Assembly (NCBI GenBank): GCA_964482735.1
Contig: CAYZYV010000001.1
Span: 80,172-144,171, forward strand
Source of the DNA: an uncultured Candidatus Saccharibacteria bacterium
GTDB taxonomy: Bacteria; Patescibacteriota; Minisyncoccia; Phycocordibacterales; UBA9973
Direction: 5' to 3'
DNA: 64,000 bases
A model generated the notes under the pieces. It made no database searches and had not been told where the DNA came from. It saw only the letters and a list, made by a program, of their open reading frames with translations. Of the stretch, positions 46,858 to 57,037 are shown in pieces. How positions within the stretch are numbered: the stretch's first letter is position 1; every line of letters begins with the position of its first letter. A program made the position numbers and the translations under genes.

Positions 46858-49602
46858 TTAATTTCTGTATTTGTCGAGTATTTCATCCTCCACTTCTTCT
46901 CTTGGCCTTCCATATTTTAGATAGGATAATTCTTTAATTTTTTCTACTATATCCGGATTACCACTTTCAAGAAGTGTGTAGTGAGATCTCATACTAAATG
47001 GTCTTACGGGAACACCGTTAATTAGCATGCTCACATATGAACAGAAATTATCGAGTTTCATAATATCAGATGAAGTAAAATTTGGACTTAGTCGAGACTC
47101 TAGTACTTTTGCATCCTCCTGACTTATTCTATATACGATCATAGAACCGACGTTACCAAAAACAGCGTTCTTAATAGATTCTTCTAATTGTGCTACGTAT
47201 TGGTGAGCTACTGTTAGAGAAAGATGATATTTACGAGCTTCAGAAAGTATTGAGGCAATAGAATCAGTTGTTACGTTTTGGAATTCATCTATGTATAAAT
47301 AAAAATCATTCATTTTTTGACCATACATATCTACACGAGACATCGCTGCCATTTGAATTTTACCAACAAGCAATAACCCAATTAAGTTTGCGTTTATTTC
47401 TCCTAGTCGCCCCTTAGCCAAGTTGATTAACAATATCTTTTTATTGTCCATTATTTCTCTAAAATTAAATACAGACTTTTCTTGCAAAACCACAGGCCTC
47501 ATAATATCGTTCGATATAAAATTATCAAATTTTGAAGTAATATACGGAATAAAGTTGGCAATAGATTGATCTCCTGTTGTTTTCTCAGCATTAGTCCAAA
47601 ATTCTCTAATTATTGGATTTCGACATTTAGCTAGGAGTGAATCTCTGTATTCCTTATTACCCAAAACTCGAGTAATATCGAGAAGAGTAGCATGATTTTC
47701 TGGGTCATCCATCGCTAAGAAGGCGCTATTTTTGAAGTATTGTTCAAACATCGGGCCTCCCGTTGTCTTCATATCAAATAATTTATTAAATATACCCATT
47801 AGTTCATTGACCACAAAAGTTTTCTGTTCTGGATATTTAGGATCATATTCAAGCATGTTTAATCCCATAGGTCTCGCTGTATATGAAGGATCGAAATAGA
47901 TAACATCATCTATTCTTTCTTTTGGAATATGACTTAAGATATCTTGGACATCACTTCCATGTGGGTCGATAAAACAACAACCGTTACCGTTTTTGATATC
48001 CTGAATTATCATGTTCTTCAATATCGTTGTCTTACCTGTACCAGTTTGACCTATCACATAAAGGTGTCTTAGCCTATCCTCTGGGGTTATGAAGATTTTA
48101 GTATCCTTACCTCTGTATGAGTTTATTCCAAGCAACAAACCATCTTCCCCCATTTCAAGAGGAGCAGGGCCGTCACCAGCTTTTGATTGTTTTAATTGAG
48201 GGGACTTAATTCCATAAGGAAAGTGGAAGATTGTTGAAAGCTCTTTTAGGTTTAGTGGCATTGAATCATCTTCTGAATAACTTCGATAAGAATACAACCT
48301 GATTAGATTTGCTAAAGAAGATCCTTTGGTTCTTTCAAATTTAAAACCATTTTTATTGGCTTCGCTAAATTGATTAAACGAAGACTCTAGCTCAGACATT
48401 AGCTGATTTGCCCGATCTTCATTTTCAGCTGAAACAACAACCCTGATATTAACCCCCATTACCATACCTTTTGTTTTTTCTTCTATCGATTCGAGGGCTT
48501 TTTCGTCTATTTTTTTATCTTCTTTTTTATCCTTTTCTTCTGTTGAACTAGAAAATAAACCTTTCACAAAAGAACCCATTTCTTTTCTTAAGGTATACCC
48601 AAATGAAGCAGTTGCATCTTTTACAGAAACACCTTTTTTGACTTCTTCTTTGATGCTATTAAACCTCTTTATCGTAGAATCATCTTTCGGACAAATTAAA
48701 AATTGAATTGAGGCTCCCTCACCTTTTCTTTTTAATTTTGAGAAAATATTTAAGATTATATTTAAAGGATCATATTCTAAGAAGTCGTAAGTTTTTATAG
48801 GAAAGACTTCGTAGGATGAGAGCTTGGCTTTAGAAGCTTCAATATGACCATTCTCTGTAAAGATGTTATAGTCATCTGGAACTTCTATAATTTTCGCATC
48901 TAAATGAACCCCTAAAAGTTGTTTTTCAAAAAGATCTGCTTTCTTGGAAGGAACTGCAACATAAATAACAAAATTCTCTGAATTTTCAGGCTGTGCTATT
49001 TCTATCGTAAAATGCCTTTCTTCCTTGTTGTCTCTGTCATCACCGACAGATTGCATCCCAGCATAAAATTGTTCCATGGCCCCCAATAACTCTTTTAAGG
49101 ACTTTTTATTACCTTCCTTATCTTCCATTTCTGGTAATGAGACTTCAAACAATTTCATGTCTAGAGTTTTAAATAGCGGAGTCCCTTCTTTCAAACCGGG
49201 TATATTACTTGTTGTAGCTAGATACTGAACTAGGAAACGATGAAAATCGTCATCCAAATGAGGGTTATTTAACTTCATCACCAAGGCTAAGGTATTAGAG
49301 ATACCCTTCTCAGTTAAAATTCCAAAAAGTTCTTCTATTTTTTTATCATGTTCTTCTGGGTGGAGTTTGAGAACCAATTTTTCTAGCTCTAGTTCTTTAA
49401 TAACAACTTTTTTTTCTAGCACTTCTTTCGGTTCATATTTTTTATATTCGGAAACGACTTGTTCTGCCAAAGATTCTTTATTGGTTTTTTCTCCAGCCTC
49501 TCTCAATACTTTTTCTCTCTCTGCAATGTGTGCTCGCAAAAAAGCAAGCTCTTCTTCCGGGCTTTTAAATTTCGGCGCATTGTTTAAATTTAATCCTTCC
49601 AT
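46858..49602 (-). CDS. VirB4/TraG-D/HerA-like ATPase (T4SS DNA-binding domain protein)
   Basis: RHLYVIGQTGTGKT, IDPHGSD, LYIDEFQN, SEARKY, AHQY. Confidence 0.85.
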   Translation of the reverse strand: MEGLNLNNAPKFKSPEEELAFLRAHIAEREKVLREAGEKTNKESLAEQVVSEYKKYEPKEVLEKKVVIKELELEKLVLKLHPEEHDKKIEELFGILTEKGISNTLALVMKLNNPHLDDDFHRFLVQYLATTSNIPGLKEGTPLFKTLDMKLFEVSLPEMEDKEGNKKSLKELLGAMEQFYAGMQSVGDDRDNKEERHFTIEIAQPENSENFVIYVAVPSKKADLFEKQLLGVHLDAKIIEVPDDYNIFTENGHIEASKAKLSSYEVFPIKTYDFLEYDPLNIILNIFSKLKRKGEGASIQFLICPKDDSTIKRFNSIKEEVKKGVSVKDATASFGYTLRKEMGSFVKGLFSSSTEEKDKKEDKKIDEKALESIEEKTKGMVMGVNIRVVVSAENEDRANQLMSELESSFNQFSEANKNGFKFERTKGSSLANLIRLYSYRSYSEDDSMPLNLKELSTIFHFPYGIKSPQLKQSKAGDGPAPLEMGEDGLLLGINSYRGKDTKIFITPEDRLRHLYVIGQTGTGKTTILKNMIIQDIKNGNGCCFIDPHGSDVQDILSHIPKERIDDVIYFDPSYTARPMGLNMLEYDPKYPEQKTFVVNELMGIFNKLFDMKTTGGPMFEQYFKNSAFLAMDDPENHATLLDITRVLGNKEYRDSLLAKCRNPIIREFWTNAEKTTGDQSIANFIPYITSKFDNFISNDIMRPVVLQEKSVFNFREIMDNKKILLINLAKGRLGEINANLIGLLLVGKIQMAAMSRVDMYGQKMNDFYLYIDEFQNVTTDSIASILSEARKYHLSLTVAHQYVAQLEESIKNAVFGNVGSMIVYRISQEDAKVLESRLSPNFTSSDIMKLDNFCSYVSMLINGVPVRPFSMRSHYTLLESGNPDIVEKIKELSYLKYGRPREEVEDEILDKYRN

Positions 49603-49868
49603 CCTGTAGTGAATTTTTTAATTAAATAATAATTATATTATTTGTATTATACCATTATTACTAATTTAAAAATACCTCTTTGAAACGCTCCTCTGGGAGT
49701 CGTTTCTAAGAGGATGTAATAAATGAATAAATGTAAAATTCTAGGCTTACCCCTATACCTATATTTTTATTATTCTGTTTACAGAATATAATCACATAAC
49801 TCCAACTTATTTTAAACATATAGTTTTATATCTTATTCCAACATGTTTTTAAAAACTATAAAAATATA

Positions 49869-50030
49869 GGTGTGTGGGCGAGGACACCACTAACGAACAC
49901 ACCTAACATAGTTCCCGATACCCTGACTGCGGTCGCTCAAGCCACCACTGACCATGCTCTGGTAGTAAGCGAGCGAGAGAGGCGAAGACGGGACGGGGGT
50001 AGAAGACCAATAGTAGCTCGCAACGAAACC
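49869..50030 (-). other. DGR variable-region-like segment plus GC-rich IMH/hairpin-like tail
   Basis: 46 consecutive codons with no A at position 3, many NNC/NNT; GGTGT..ACACC hairpin after the stop. Confidence 0.7.
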
Positions 50031-50696
50031 TATTGGTGCCCATGGATCGGCATCTCCATCAGAAGAAGCTTTTGAATTCCATGCATGAGATAAAGTTCTT
50101 GCTTGTTCAATAGAGGGAAGTTTGCCTCCATTTTTAGCACAGGCATCTGCTGCAACATATACACCGCTTGTACTATCTTTCCATGCCATAGTTCGATCTG
50201 TAGTTCTGTTTGTTCCATCTATTTCTACTCCATGAGTATCCCATTTAACTACTCCATTTTCATCTACAGACCATGCTTTTAGTTCACCTGCGTCATATAT
50301 GAGTGCAGTGGCTCCGAAACGTTGATAGATATCGGAAGTGGAATTACTATAACTAAAACATTTAACAATGATTCCTTGGTCAATAAGAGGTTGAACAATT
50401 TTAGCTAAATTACCACTGGTAGAATCTCCAAAGCCTCCATCTTCCTTTAAACCTGTACATGTTAAATTTGCATATCCAACGTTAGACCCTTCAAAGCTAC
50501 CTTTTGTTAACTGATTTAACGCCGCTTGATTATATAGCTGTTTTAAAGTTGATTTAATAGTAGCAATCTTTCCTTTTTCTCTTGCAGAATTTAGCGAGGC
50601 GATAACTACAGCAGAAAGAATTCCGATAATAGCGATGACCACTAGTAACTCAATCAACGTAAATGCTTTGTTGGATTTTAGAGATTCTTTTTTCAC
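49890..50696 (-). CDS. Type IV pilin fused to a C-terminal CLec/DUF1566-like domain; probable DGR target
   Basis: A|FTLIELLVVIAIIGIL; C..GGKLPSIEQ, YWSST, VRCVR-stop. Confidence 0.85.
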   Translation of the reverse strand: MKKESLKSNKAFTLIELLVVIAIIGILSAVVIASLNSAREKGKIATIKSTLKQLYNQAALNQLTKGSFEGSNVGYANLTCTGLKEDGGFGDSTSGNLAKIVQPLIDQGIIVKCFSYSNSTSDIYQRFGATALIYDAGELKAWSVDENGVVKWDTHGVEIDGTNRTTDRTMAWKDSTSGVYVAADACAKNGGKLPSIEQARTLSHAWNSKASSDGDADPWAPIGFVASYYWSSTPVPSSPLSLAYYQSMVSGGLSDRSQGIGNYVRCVR

Positions 50697-50874
50697 TTTT
50701 TTATTATACCACAGTAGCTCTAAAACTAAACACTTTTCCCCTAGGTCGGACCTAGGGGAATACCACAGTTTTGTCTAGAAATCTCCTTTGGTGTTCCTCA
50801 AAGGAGATTCTCATCCAAAACTGTTTGGTTACCCACTTAAACCTATAAGCTTAAAGACAACTCTTGGCTTTACC

Positions 50875-51475
50875 TCTCTACACTTTTACACAGGTGTGTG
50901 AAAGTGTAGAGAAGCTTAATAATTATTACTCGTTTTGAATATTTTAATGCAATCTTTAATCTTTATTTTTTTTAATCTACACAAGAATTCTTCTGGCAAT
51001 GGTCCAGGGCCCAACCAAAGACTTTGTTGCATCATCTCATATCCAAATATTTTCAACTGGCTCCTTAACCAATCTCTTGTTTTTCTCTGTGGACCGGGAA
51101 TATCAAAAGATATAATTGTGTTTTTGCGACTGTTCTTATTAAAAGGAGATACTATATAAGAAAACAGGTCATTACGAAGAGATTTTTTTATACCCTTTTT
51201 TGTTAATATAATTAAGTCTTCTTTTTTCTTTATATACCCATTATTTTTTAATCGATAAATAGCCATCCTTGATGATTGATTTTTATATCTTTCTTTTTCT
51301 AATCTGTTCATTATTTCTCTGAATCTTTTGGCGTTTTTACCACTAGATAACATAGCAATGATAAAATCAGAAATACTATTGTTAATTATGGGCATAATCT
51401 ATAATTTGAATAGTTGATAAATTATCAAACCTTTTTCTAGTATTATACACTTTTACACACCTGTGTGAAAATGTG
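50875..51475. repeat. Palindrome pair flanking PaaX-like gene 2
   Basis: tacacttttacacaGGtgtgtgaaagtgt (50879-) and tacacttttacacaCCtgtgtgaaaatgt (51446-). Confidence 0.7.
50916..51395 (-). CDS. PaaX-like regulator (paralog of 35495-35992)
   Basis: SFDIPG..RDWLRSQLKIFGYEMMQQSLWLGPGPLP. Confidence 0.8.
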   Translation of the reverse strand: MPIINNSISDFIIAMLSSGKNAKRFREIMNRLEKERYKNQSSRMAIYRLKNNGYIKKKEDLIILTKKGIKKSLRNDLFSYIVSPFNKNSRKNTIISFDIPGPQRKTRDWLRSQLKIFGYEMMQQSLWLGPGPLPEEFLCRLKKIKIKDCIKIFKTSNNY

Positions 51476-51478
51476 AGA

Positions 51479-52243
51479 TTATTTAGTTAAAATTTCTGGT
51501 TTGTTCTTTGTTATTAAAATAGAGTGTTCAAAGTGAGCAGAGTTTTTACCGTCCCGGGTTCTGATTGTCCAATCGTCATCATCTACCTCTATTTGATGCG
51601 TCCCGAGACAAAGCATTGGTTCGATAGCTATTATCATACCTGGCACAAGTTTAGCTCCCTGCCCTTTCTTACCATAATTTGGAACATAAGGATCTTCGTG
51701 AATTTCCTTACCCACACCATGACCAGCTAAATCTCGAACTATCCCATATTTATTGTTCACAAAAGATTCTATAGCATACCCTATATCCCCTATTGTATTT
51801 CCCCCCACAGCGGCTCTAATTCCAACTTCTAGAGCCTTCTTGGTATCCTCTATTAATTTTTTATTTGAATCAGAAATTCTCCCTACAGCTACGGTCATCG
51901 CGTGGTCGGTAAATAGTCCCTTGTATTTCAAACCAATATCTATTGAAACAATATCTCCTTCTTTTAAGATTTTATTTTTACTTGGGATTCCATGAACAAT
52001 TTCATCATTAACTGATACACAAGCAGATGCGGGGAATGGTGTTCTCATTCCTTGCGGTCGATAATTAAGAAAGGCTGGAATGCCACCATATTCTTTAATC
52101 AAATCATAAACATATTTATCAATTTCCAATGTCGAAATACCAGGCTTAACCATCTTTGCAGTTTTAGATAAAACTTTGGCTATTATTTTGCCTCCTTCTC
52201 TTATCTTTTTTATTTCCTCTTTATTTTTAATTATTATATTCAT
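51479..52243 (-). CDS. map: Methionine aminopeptidase type I
   Basis: SVNDEIVHGIP, GHGVG..HEDP, AIEPM, AHFEH. Confidence 0.96.
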   Translation of the reverse strand: MNIIIKNKEEIKKIREGGKIIAKVLSKTAKMVKPGISTLEIDKYVYDLIKEYGGIPAFLNYRPQGMRTPFPASACVSVNDEIVHGIPSKNKILKEGDIVSIDIGLKYKGLFTDHAMTVAVGRISDSNKKLIEDTKKALEVGIRAAVGGNTIGDIGYAIESFVNNKYGIVRDLAGHGVGKEIHEDPYVPNYGKKGQGAKLVPGMIIAIEPMLCLGTHQIEVDDDDWTIRTRDGKNSAHFEHSILITKNKPEILTK

Positions 52244-52361
52244 GCTTAATTTTAGTGAAACTTATTTATTTGTATTTTTAACCTATCTTGATAACACAAC
52301 TTCTCGCCCTGTAGTAAGCTTTGCTTCACTACGGAGTTATTATATTCATTCTATCTTTGAT

Positions 52362-53048
52362 CTATTTTATTATTGTTCCTTTAAAAGTTTTACCTTCTAG
52401 ACAATTTCCCAGGTTCTCCAAGTCTCGTCCATTTAAAATTACAACTTCTTGTTCATTATTTTTTGCTTCACAAGAAGCTATAGGATCAAAAGGTCTATTT
52501 GATCCTGGGATCCAATTGTTATCAGGGAAAAGCAAAAGAAAATCTAACCATGATATGTTCTCAATTGGTTTTGCATTAGGATTTTTATTAGGATCACTAT
52601 CATAGACAAAATCTATATTTGTTAGATTAATAACTCTTTTTGCTCCAAGGCTTTTTGCAGCATGGACGGCAGCCAGGTCACTACTATTGCCAGGTTTCCA
52701 CCCACCTCCGACCAACACAGGCTTTTTTGTCTCAGGTATAGAATCAGGGTCTAGTATAACCTTTTCATAAGCTAAATCCCCTAAACAAATTTTTACAAAT
52801 TCTGCATTAGCCCTAGTTATAGAGATACCAAGCCAGTCAATCTCAGTATTATTAGGACTAATTATTTCTTTTAAGGCATCACCATAAGTTCTTGCTAGCT
52901 TTCCTCCCCCTGTAATCAGCATAAAAGTATACCCTTTCTCTACATACTCCTTAATAAAAGAAACAAAAGTTTTAACAAAATTTGTGTCTATACCATCTGG
53001 CACAATCAATGATCCACCAAGAGACATTACAATTTTTTTGTTTTCCAT
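52362..53048 (-). CDS. pyrH: UMP kinase (archaeal-type)
   Basis: SLGGS, GGGKLAR, DWLGI, GGWKPGNSSD, PFDPIA. Confidence 0.88.
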   Translation of the reverse strand: MENKKIVMSLGGSLIVPDGIDTNFVKTFVSFIKEYVEKGYTFMLITGGGKLARTYGDALKEIISPNNTEIDWLGISITRANAEFVKICLGDLAYEKVILDPDSIPETKKPVLVGGGWKPGNSSDLAAVHAAKSLGAKRVINLTNIDFVYDSDPNKNPNAKPIENISWLDFLLLFPDNNWIPGSNRPFDPIASCEAKNNEQEVVILNGRDLENLGNCLEGKTFKGTIIK

Positions 53049-53053
53049 AGTAT

Positions 53054-53653
53054 TTATTTTAAACCTAAAGCTACTAATATATTCTTATGAATATCTTCGA
53101 CTGTACCCTCTCCATCTATTTCAATATAATTAAAATAATCGTCGCTTTTAGCTTTTTCTATCATTGGAAAAACGAATTTATCATATTCATCTAGTCTGTT
53201 TTCTATCGCTTCATTATGATCATCTCCTCTACCTCGAAGAAGCATTCTATCTTTAACGCTCTGCCTAGAAACTTCAAGATTAATAAAAATAGGTTTTTCT
53301 CTTCCTAGGTATTCAAGTAATTCTTTTAGTAGTTCAAGCTGATGAGAGTTTCTTGGATATCCATCAAAAAACATTACTGACTCCTTATCTACGTTTTTAA
53401 TTACATTTGATACAAAAAGAGCATCGGTCAAAAAATCTGGTTGGAATTTACCCTGTCGAACGCTCAAGTCTTTCGCAACTTCTTGAATATAACCATCTTC
53501 ACCAAAAAAGCTTCTGAAAATATCGCCCATAACGATAGATTTTATTAATAAACCTTTCTCTTCAATAATAAATTGTTTTAATAAGTCTATTTGAGTTCCT
53601 TTGCCTGATCCTGAGCGACCGACAAAAATTATTGTTTTTGTATCACTGTTCAT
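53054..53653 (-). CDS. adk: Adenylate kinase (short, LID-less)
   Basis: GRSGSGKGTQ, DGYPR, RGRGDD; follows secY. Confidence 0.85.
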   Translation of the reverse strand: MNSDTKTIIFVGRSGSGKGTQIDLLKQFIIEEKGLLIKSIVMGDIFRSFFGEDGYIQEVAKDLSVRQGKFQPDFLTDALFVSNVIKNVDKESVMFFDGYPRNSHQLELLKELLEYLGREKPIFINLEVSRQSVKDRMLLRGRGDDHNEAIENRLDEYDKFVFPMIEKAKSDDYFNYIEIDGEGTVEDIHKNILVALGLK

Positions 53654-53713
53654 ATTTATGATTATATCATAAAAAACAAAAAGACCCCGACTCAAAGCCG
53701 GGGTCTTTTTGTT

Positions 53714-54988
53714 TTAATATTCTCTCATTGAAAGCTGAGCATCCGTTTTCTTTATAAGGTCTAGAACAACAGAAACTGCAATCAAAAGTGAGGTTCCTCC
53801 AATAGCGAATGAGTCGATACCAGTAGCTGATTTAATAACTAGAGGTAACACCGCTATGACTCCTAGGAACACCGCACCTATCATTGTCACTCTTCCTAAA
53901 ATCTTTGAAATATATTCTACGGTTGATGGTCCTGGTCTAATTCCTGGAACAAAGGCACCATTCTTCTGTAAATTAGTTGCTACTTGTTGTGGGTCAAATG
54001 TTACAGCGGTATAGAAGTAAGTAAACAAGAAGACAAATATGAAGTAACACAAAGAATATATCCACGTACTATTAACAAACCATAGTAATCCTTTTGAGAT
54101 TGCCAAGAGAGTTCCATTAGCCGAAGTCGCTAAGAAGTTTCCAATCATTTGTGGGAACATCAGTATCGACAAAGCGAAGATGATAGGAATAACACCAGCT
54201 TGGTTTACTCTTAGAGGAAGATAAGTCTGAGCTCCTCCTGAAGATGATCCATCTCCTCTTATCTGTCTAGCATAAGTTACAGGTATTGGTCTCTCTGCTT
54301 CTGAAACCATCACAACACCAGCTATGATTAACAAGCTTAATGCACCAAGCAAAAGGTACATTGGTATATCTGCGACGTTAAACGTAAAGAAGAACTGAGA
54401 AACACCTTTTGGAATACGAGAAACTATTCCGGCAAAGATTATCAAAGAAACTCCATTTCCAATTCCAAATTCAGTAACGAGTTCACCTATCCACATGATA
54501 AGCATAGAACCAGCAACAATAACTGAAAGGTTCGCAATCATTTGGAATAGTGATAGCTGACCGATGATTCCTTGTTTTTGTAAAAGAATTACAAGTGCTA
54601 ATCCTTGAACAAGTGCAAGCGGAACTGTAATGTTTCTACTTAATTGTGTAAACTTTCGACGACCAATTTCTCCGTCTTCTTGGTACATCGCCTTTAGACG
54701 AGGAGACATCATAGTCAAAAGTTGCATGATAATCGATGATGTAATGTATGGACTAACTCCCAACATTATTATTGATAAGTTAGAAAGTCCTCCTCCTGAA
54801 AAGATGTTTAGAACACCTACAAACTGGTTATTCGTTAAGAAAGCTTGAAGTTTAGTCGTGTCTACACCTGGAATCGGAATAGCTGATAGAAGTCTAAACA
54901 CCACAAGAGCTCCGAGAACAAATAAGATTCTGTTTCTCAAAACCTTGTCACTAAACATCATTTTAATTTTTATCCAGATGTTTTCCAT
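53714..54988 (-). CDS. secY: Preprotein translocase SecY
   Basis: LGVSPYITSSIIMQL, GIGNGVSLIIF, VPGIRPG. Confidence 0.97.
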   Translation of the reverse strand: MENIWIKIKMMFSDKVLRNRILFVLGALVVFRLLSAIPIPGVDTTKLQAFLTNNQFVGVLNIFSGGGLSNLSIIMLGVSPYITSSIIMQLLTMMSPRLKAMYQEDGEIGRRKFTQLSRNITVPLALVQGLALVILLQKQGIIGQLSLFQMIANLSVIVAGSMLIMWIGELVTEFGIGNGVSLIIFAGIVSRIPKGVSQFFFTFNVADIPMYLLLGALSLLIIAGVVMVSEAERPIPVTYARQIRGDGSSSGGAQTYLPLRVNQAGVIPIIFALSILMFPQMIGNFLATSANGTLLAISKGLLWFVNSTWIYSLCYFIFVFLFTYFYTAVTFDPQQVATNLQKNGAFVPGIRPGPSTVEYISKILGRVTMIGAVFLGVIAVLPLVIKSATGIDSFAIGGTSLLIAVSVVLDLIKKTDAQLSMREY

Positions 54989-54989
54989 G

Positions 54990-55418
54990 TTATTTTATTT
55001 CGCCTCCGAGTTTTTCAATTTGTTCTTTAGCTTTTTCGGAAACAAGACAACCTACGATAGTAATTTTCTTGGTTAGTTCTCCCTTCGCTAAAATTTTAAC
55101 TGAAGGTAAAACACCTCCGACTTTTCGAATTAAGTTCTTTTCAAACATTAATTCTTTTGTAACAGTTGATCCGTTTTCAAAAATTTCCAAGGCACCTAGA
55201 TTTACAGGGGCATTCTTTTTTTCAAAAGTTTTGGTTCTGTAACCTCTCATTTTTGGAAGTTTCTTTATAATATCTCTAAGTTCTGGACGTCTCTTATTAC
55301 CAGCTCGGGCTGTTTGCCCCTTTCCTCCTCTTCCAGAAGTTTTTCCTCTAGTACCTCCTCGGCCAACTTGTCTAGCTTTTTTATTAGGATTTTCCCTTTT
55401 TAAATTATGTAATTGCAT
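54990..55418 (-). CDS. rplO: 50S ribosomal protein L15
   Basis: VGRGG.RGKTSGRGGKGQTAR; start MQLHNL. Confidence 0.95.
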   Translation of the reverse strand: MQLHNLKRENPNKKARQVGRGGTRGKTSGRGGKGQTARAGNKRRPELRDIIKKLPKMRGYRTKTFEKKNAPVNLGALEIFENGSTVTKELMFEKNLIRKVGGVLPSVKILAKGELTKKITIVGCLVSEKAKEQIEKLGGEIK

Positions 55419-55422
55419 AAAA

Positions 55423-56043
55423 TTATTCTGATTTAGAATCCGAAACGGTAGCAGGTTCTTCTGGAGAAACAAAAGAAGCTGTTTTTACTATTGGATTCTT
55501 GTCCTTAAGTTGATAAAGAACCTCGTAAGTCACTCTGGCGTTGTTTAGTTTATTCTTACTACCAGAATGGATTTTACCAGTTACGTTTTTAATTCCAGCA
55601 AGCAAAAGCATATCACGAACAGTACTTCCAGCTACTAATCCTTTGTCATGATTTGGACGAAGAACAAGTTTAGAGCTAGCATATTTTCCACTTACTTCGT
55701 AAGGTAGAGACATGTCTTTTGTTATCTTTATCTTGAACATATTTTTCTTTGCTTGTCTTAGAGCTTTAGCTATTGCTGCAGCTGTATCTCCTCCTTTACC
55801 TGTACCTAAGCCAATCGAGCCTTTTTTATCTCCAATAGCTAGAGCTACTGCAAAAGTCATTCTGCGTCCTCCTGCTACAACACGAGTAACTCGACGGATA
55901 GAAACCATTTTTTGATCAAATTCTGGTTTTGGTCTTTCAAATGATGGTCTTGATCGTCTTTGATTGTCTTGTCCATCTTTTTTAACAAAAGATCTTCTTG
56001 GACCATTGGTTCTTGTATTTTGTTTTGGTTTTGATGTTTCCAT
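55423..56043 (-). CDS. rpsE: 30S ribosomal protein S5
   Basis: IRRVTRVVAGGRR. Confidence 0.95.
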   Translation of the reverse strand: METSKPKQNTRTNGPRRSFVKKDGQDNQRRSRPSFERPKPEFDQKMVSIRRVTRVVAGGRRMTFAVALAIGDKKGSIGLGTGKGGDTAAAIAKALRQAKKNMFKIKITKDMSLPYEVSGKYASSKLVLRPNHDKGLVAGSTVRDMLLLAGIKNVTGKIHSGSKNKLNNARVTYEVLYQLKDKNPIVKTASFVSPEEPATVSDSKSE

Positions 56044-56094
56044 AAAATTTTAATCAGTTATTTTTCAATTTAAGAAGATAACTGATGTTTATTG

Positions 56095-56439
56095 TTAGAA
56101 TTGAAGTCCAGCTTCTCGCGCAGCGTCAGCTAGAGATTTTACTCGACCAGTGTATTTGAAACCATTACGATCAAAAACGCAATTTTTAACACCTTTTCCA
56201 AGCGCCAACTTTGCTACTTCACTTCCAACTGTTTTTGCTCTTTCGGTTTTAGTACCCTTATCTAATTTTATATCTGAAGCAGAAACAAGGGTTACACTTT
56301 TTTCATCATTTATAATTTGAGCATAAATGTAATTATTTGAACGAAAAACAGAGAGTCTTGGCCTTTCTTCCGTTCCAAAAATTTTAGCACGAATTTTGCT
56401 CTTTAGTCTTATTCTTTTGTCTGTCTTTTTGATAGTCAT
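56095..56439 (-). CDS. rplR: 50S ribosomal protein L18
   Basis: [22 protein letters not shown]. Confidence 0.96.
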   Translation of the reverse strand: MTIKKTDKRIRLKSKIRAKIFGTEERPRLSVFRSNNYIYAQIINDEKSVTLVSASDIKLDKGTKTERAKTVGSEVAKLALGKGVKNCVFDRNGFKYTGRVKSLADAAREAGLQF

Positions 56440-56475
56440 AATTTTAATTTAAATTAATCTTATTGATGTTAGATT

Positions 56476-57012
56476 TTAGGAAGCTTTCTTACCTTGTTTT
56501 CGGCGAATAACTTCATTATCGTAACGGAAACCTTTACCTTTATAAGGTTCTGGTTTTTTGTTTGATCTAACAAGTGCGGCAAAAGAACCGACTAATTCTT
56601 TGTCTATTCCAGAAACAGTTATGTTGTTCTTCTCAGCTGTAACAGTAAGACCTTTTGGTATAGATATTTTAACTGGATGAGAAAAACCAAGTGCTAAGAC
56701 TAGATTATCTCCAGATACCTCTGATTTAAACCCTACCCCTTCAAGTATTAATTTCTTCGCATAACCTTCAGTTACTCCTAATATCATGTTTTTAACATGT
56801 GAGGCATAAGTTCCCCAAAGAGCATTCGTCTTTTTATCGTTTTCTTTTTTAGGAGTGAAAGTTATTTCATTACCATTAATGTTAATGGTAATTGCATCCT
56901 TAAGCTCTCTTGCAAGAGAACCTTTTGGACCTTTTACATTAAGAATGCCGGCAGAAAAATTGACTTCTACACCAGCGGGAATTGTTATGATTTGTTTTCC
57001 TATTCTACTCAT
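56476..57012 (-). CDS. rplF: 50S ribosomal protein L6
   Basis: MSRIGK, PEPYKGKG. Confidence 0.96.
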   Translation of the reverse strand: MSRIGKQIITIPAGVEVNFSAGILNVKGPKGSLARELKDAITININGNEITFTPKKENDKKTNALWGTYASHVKNMILGVTEGYAKKLILEGVGFKSEVSGDNLVLALGFSHPVKISIPKGLTVTAEKNNITVSGIDKELVGSFAALVRSNKKPEPYKGKGFRYDNEVIRRKQGKKAS

Positions 57013-57037
57013 ATTTTTTAAAAAAATTATTGGTGTT

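Noticed and set aside
46858-49602. Conjugative element
   Set aside because: Lone VirB4/TraG-like ATPase with no relaxase, integrase or mating-pair genes; such genes are common in CPR chromosomes
49603-49868. DGR template repeat next to the pilin
   Set aside because: AT-rich spacer with no similarity to the variable region; no AAC-rich copy or RT seen in the window
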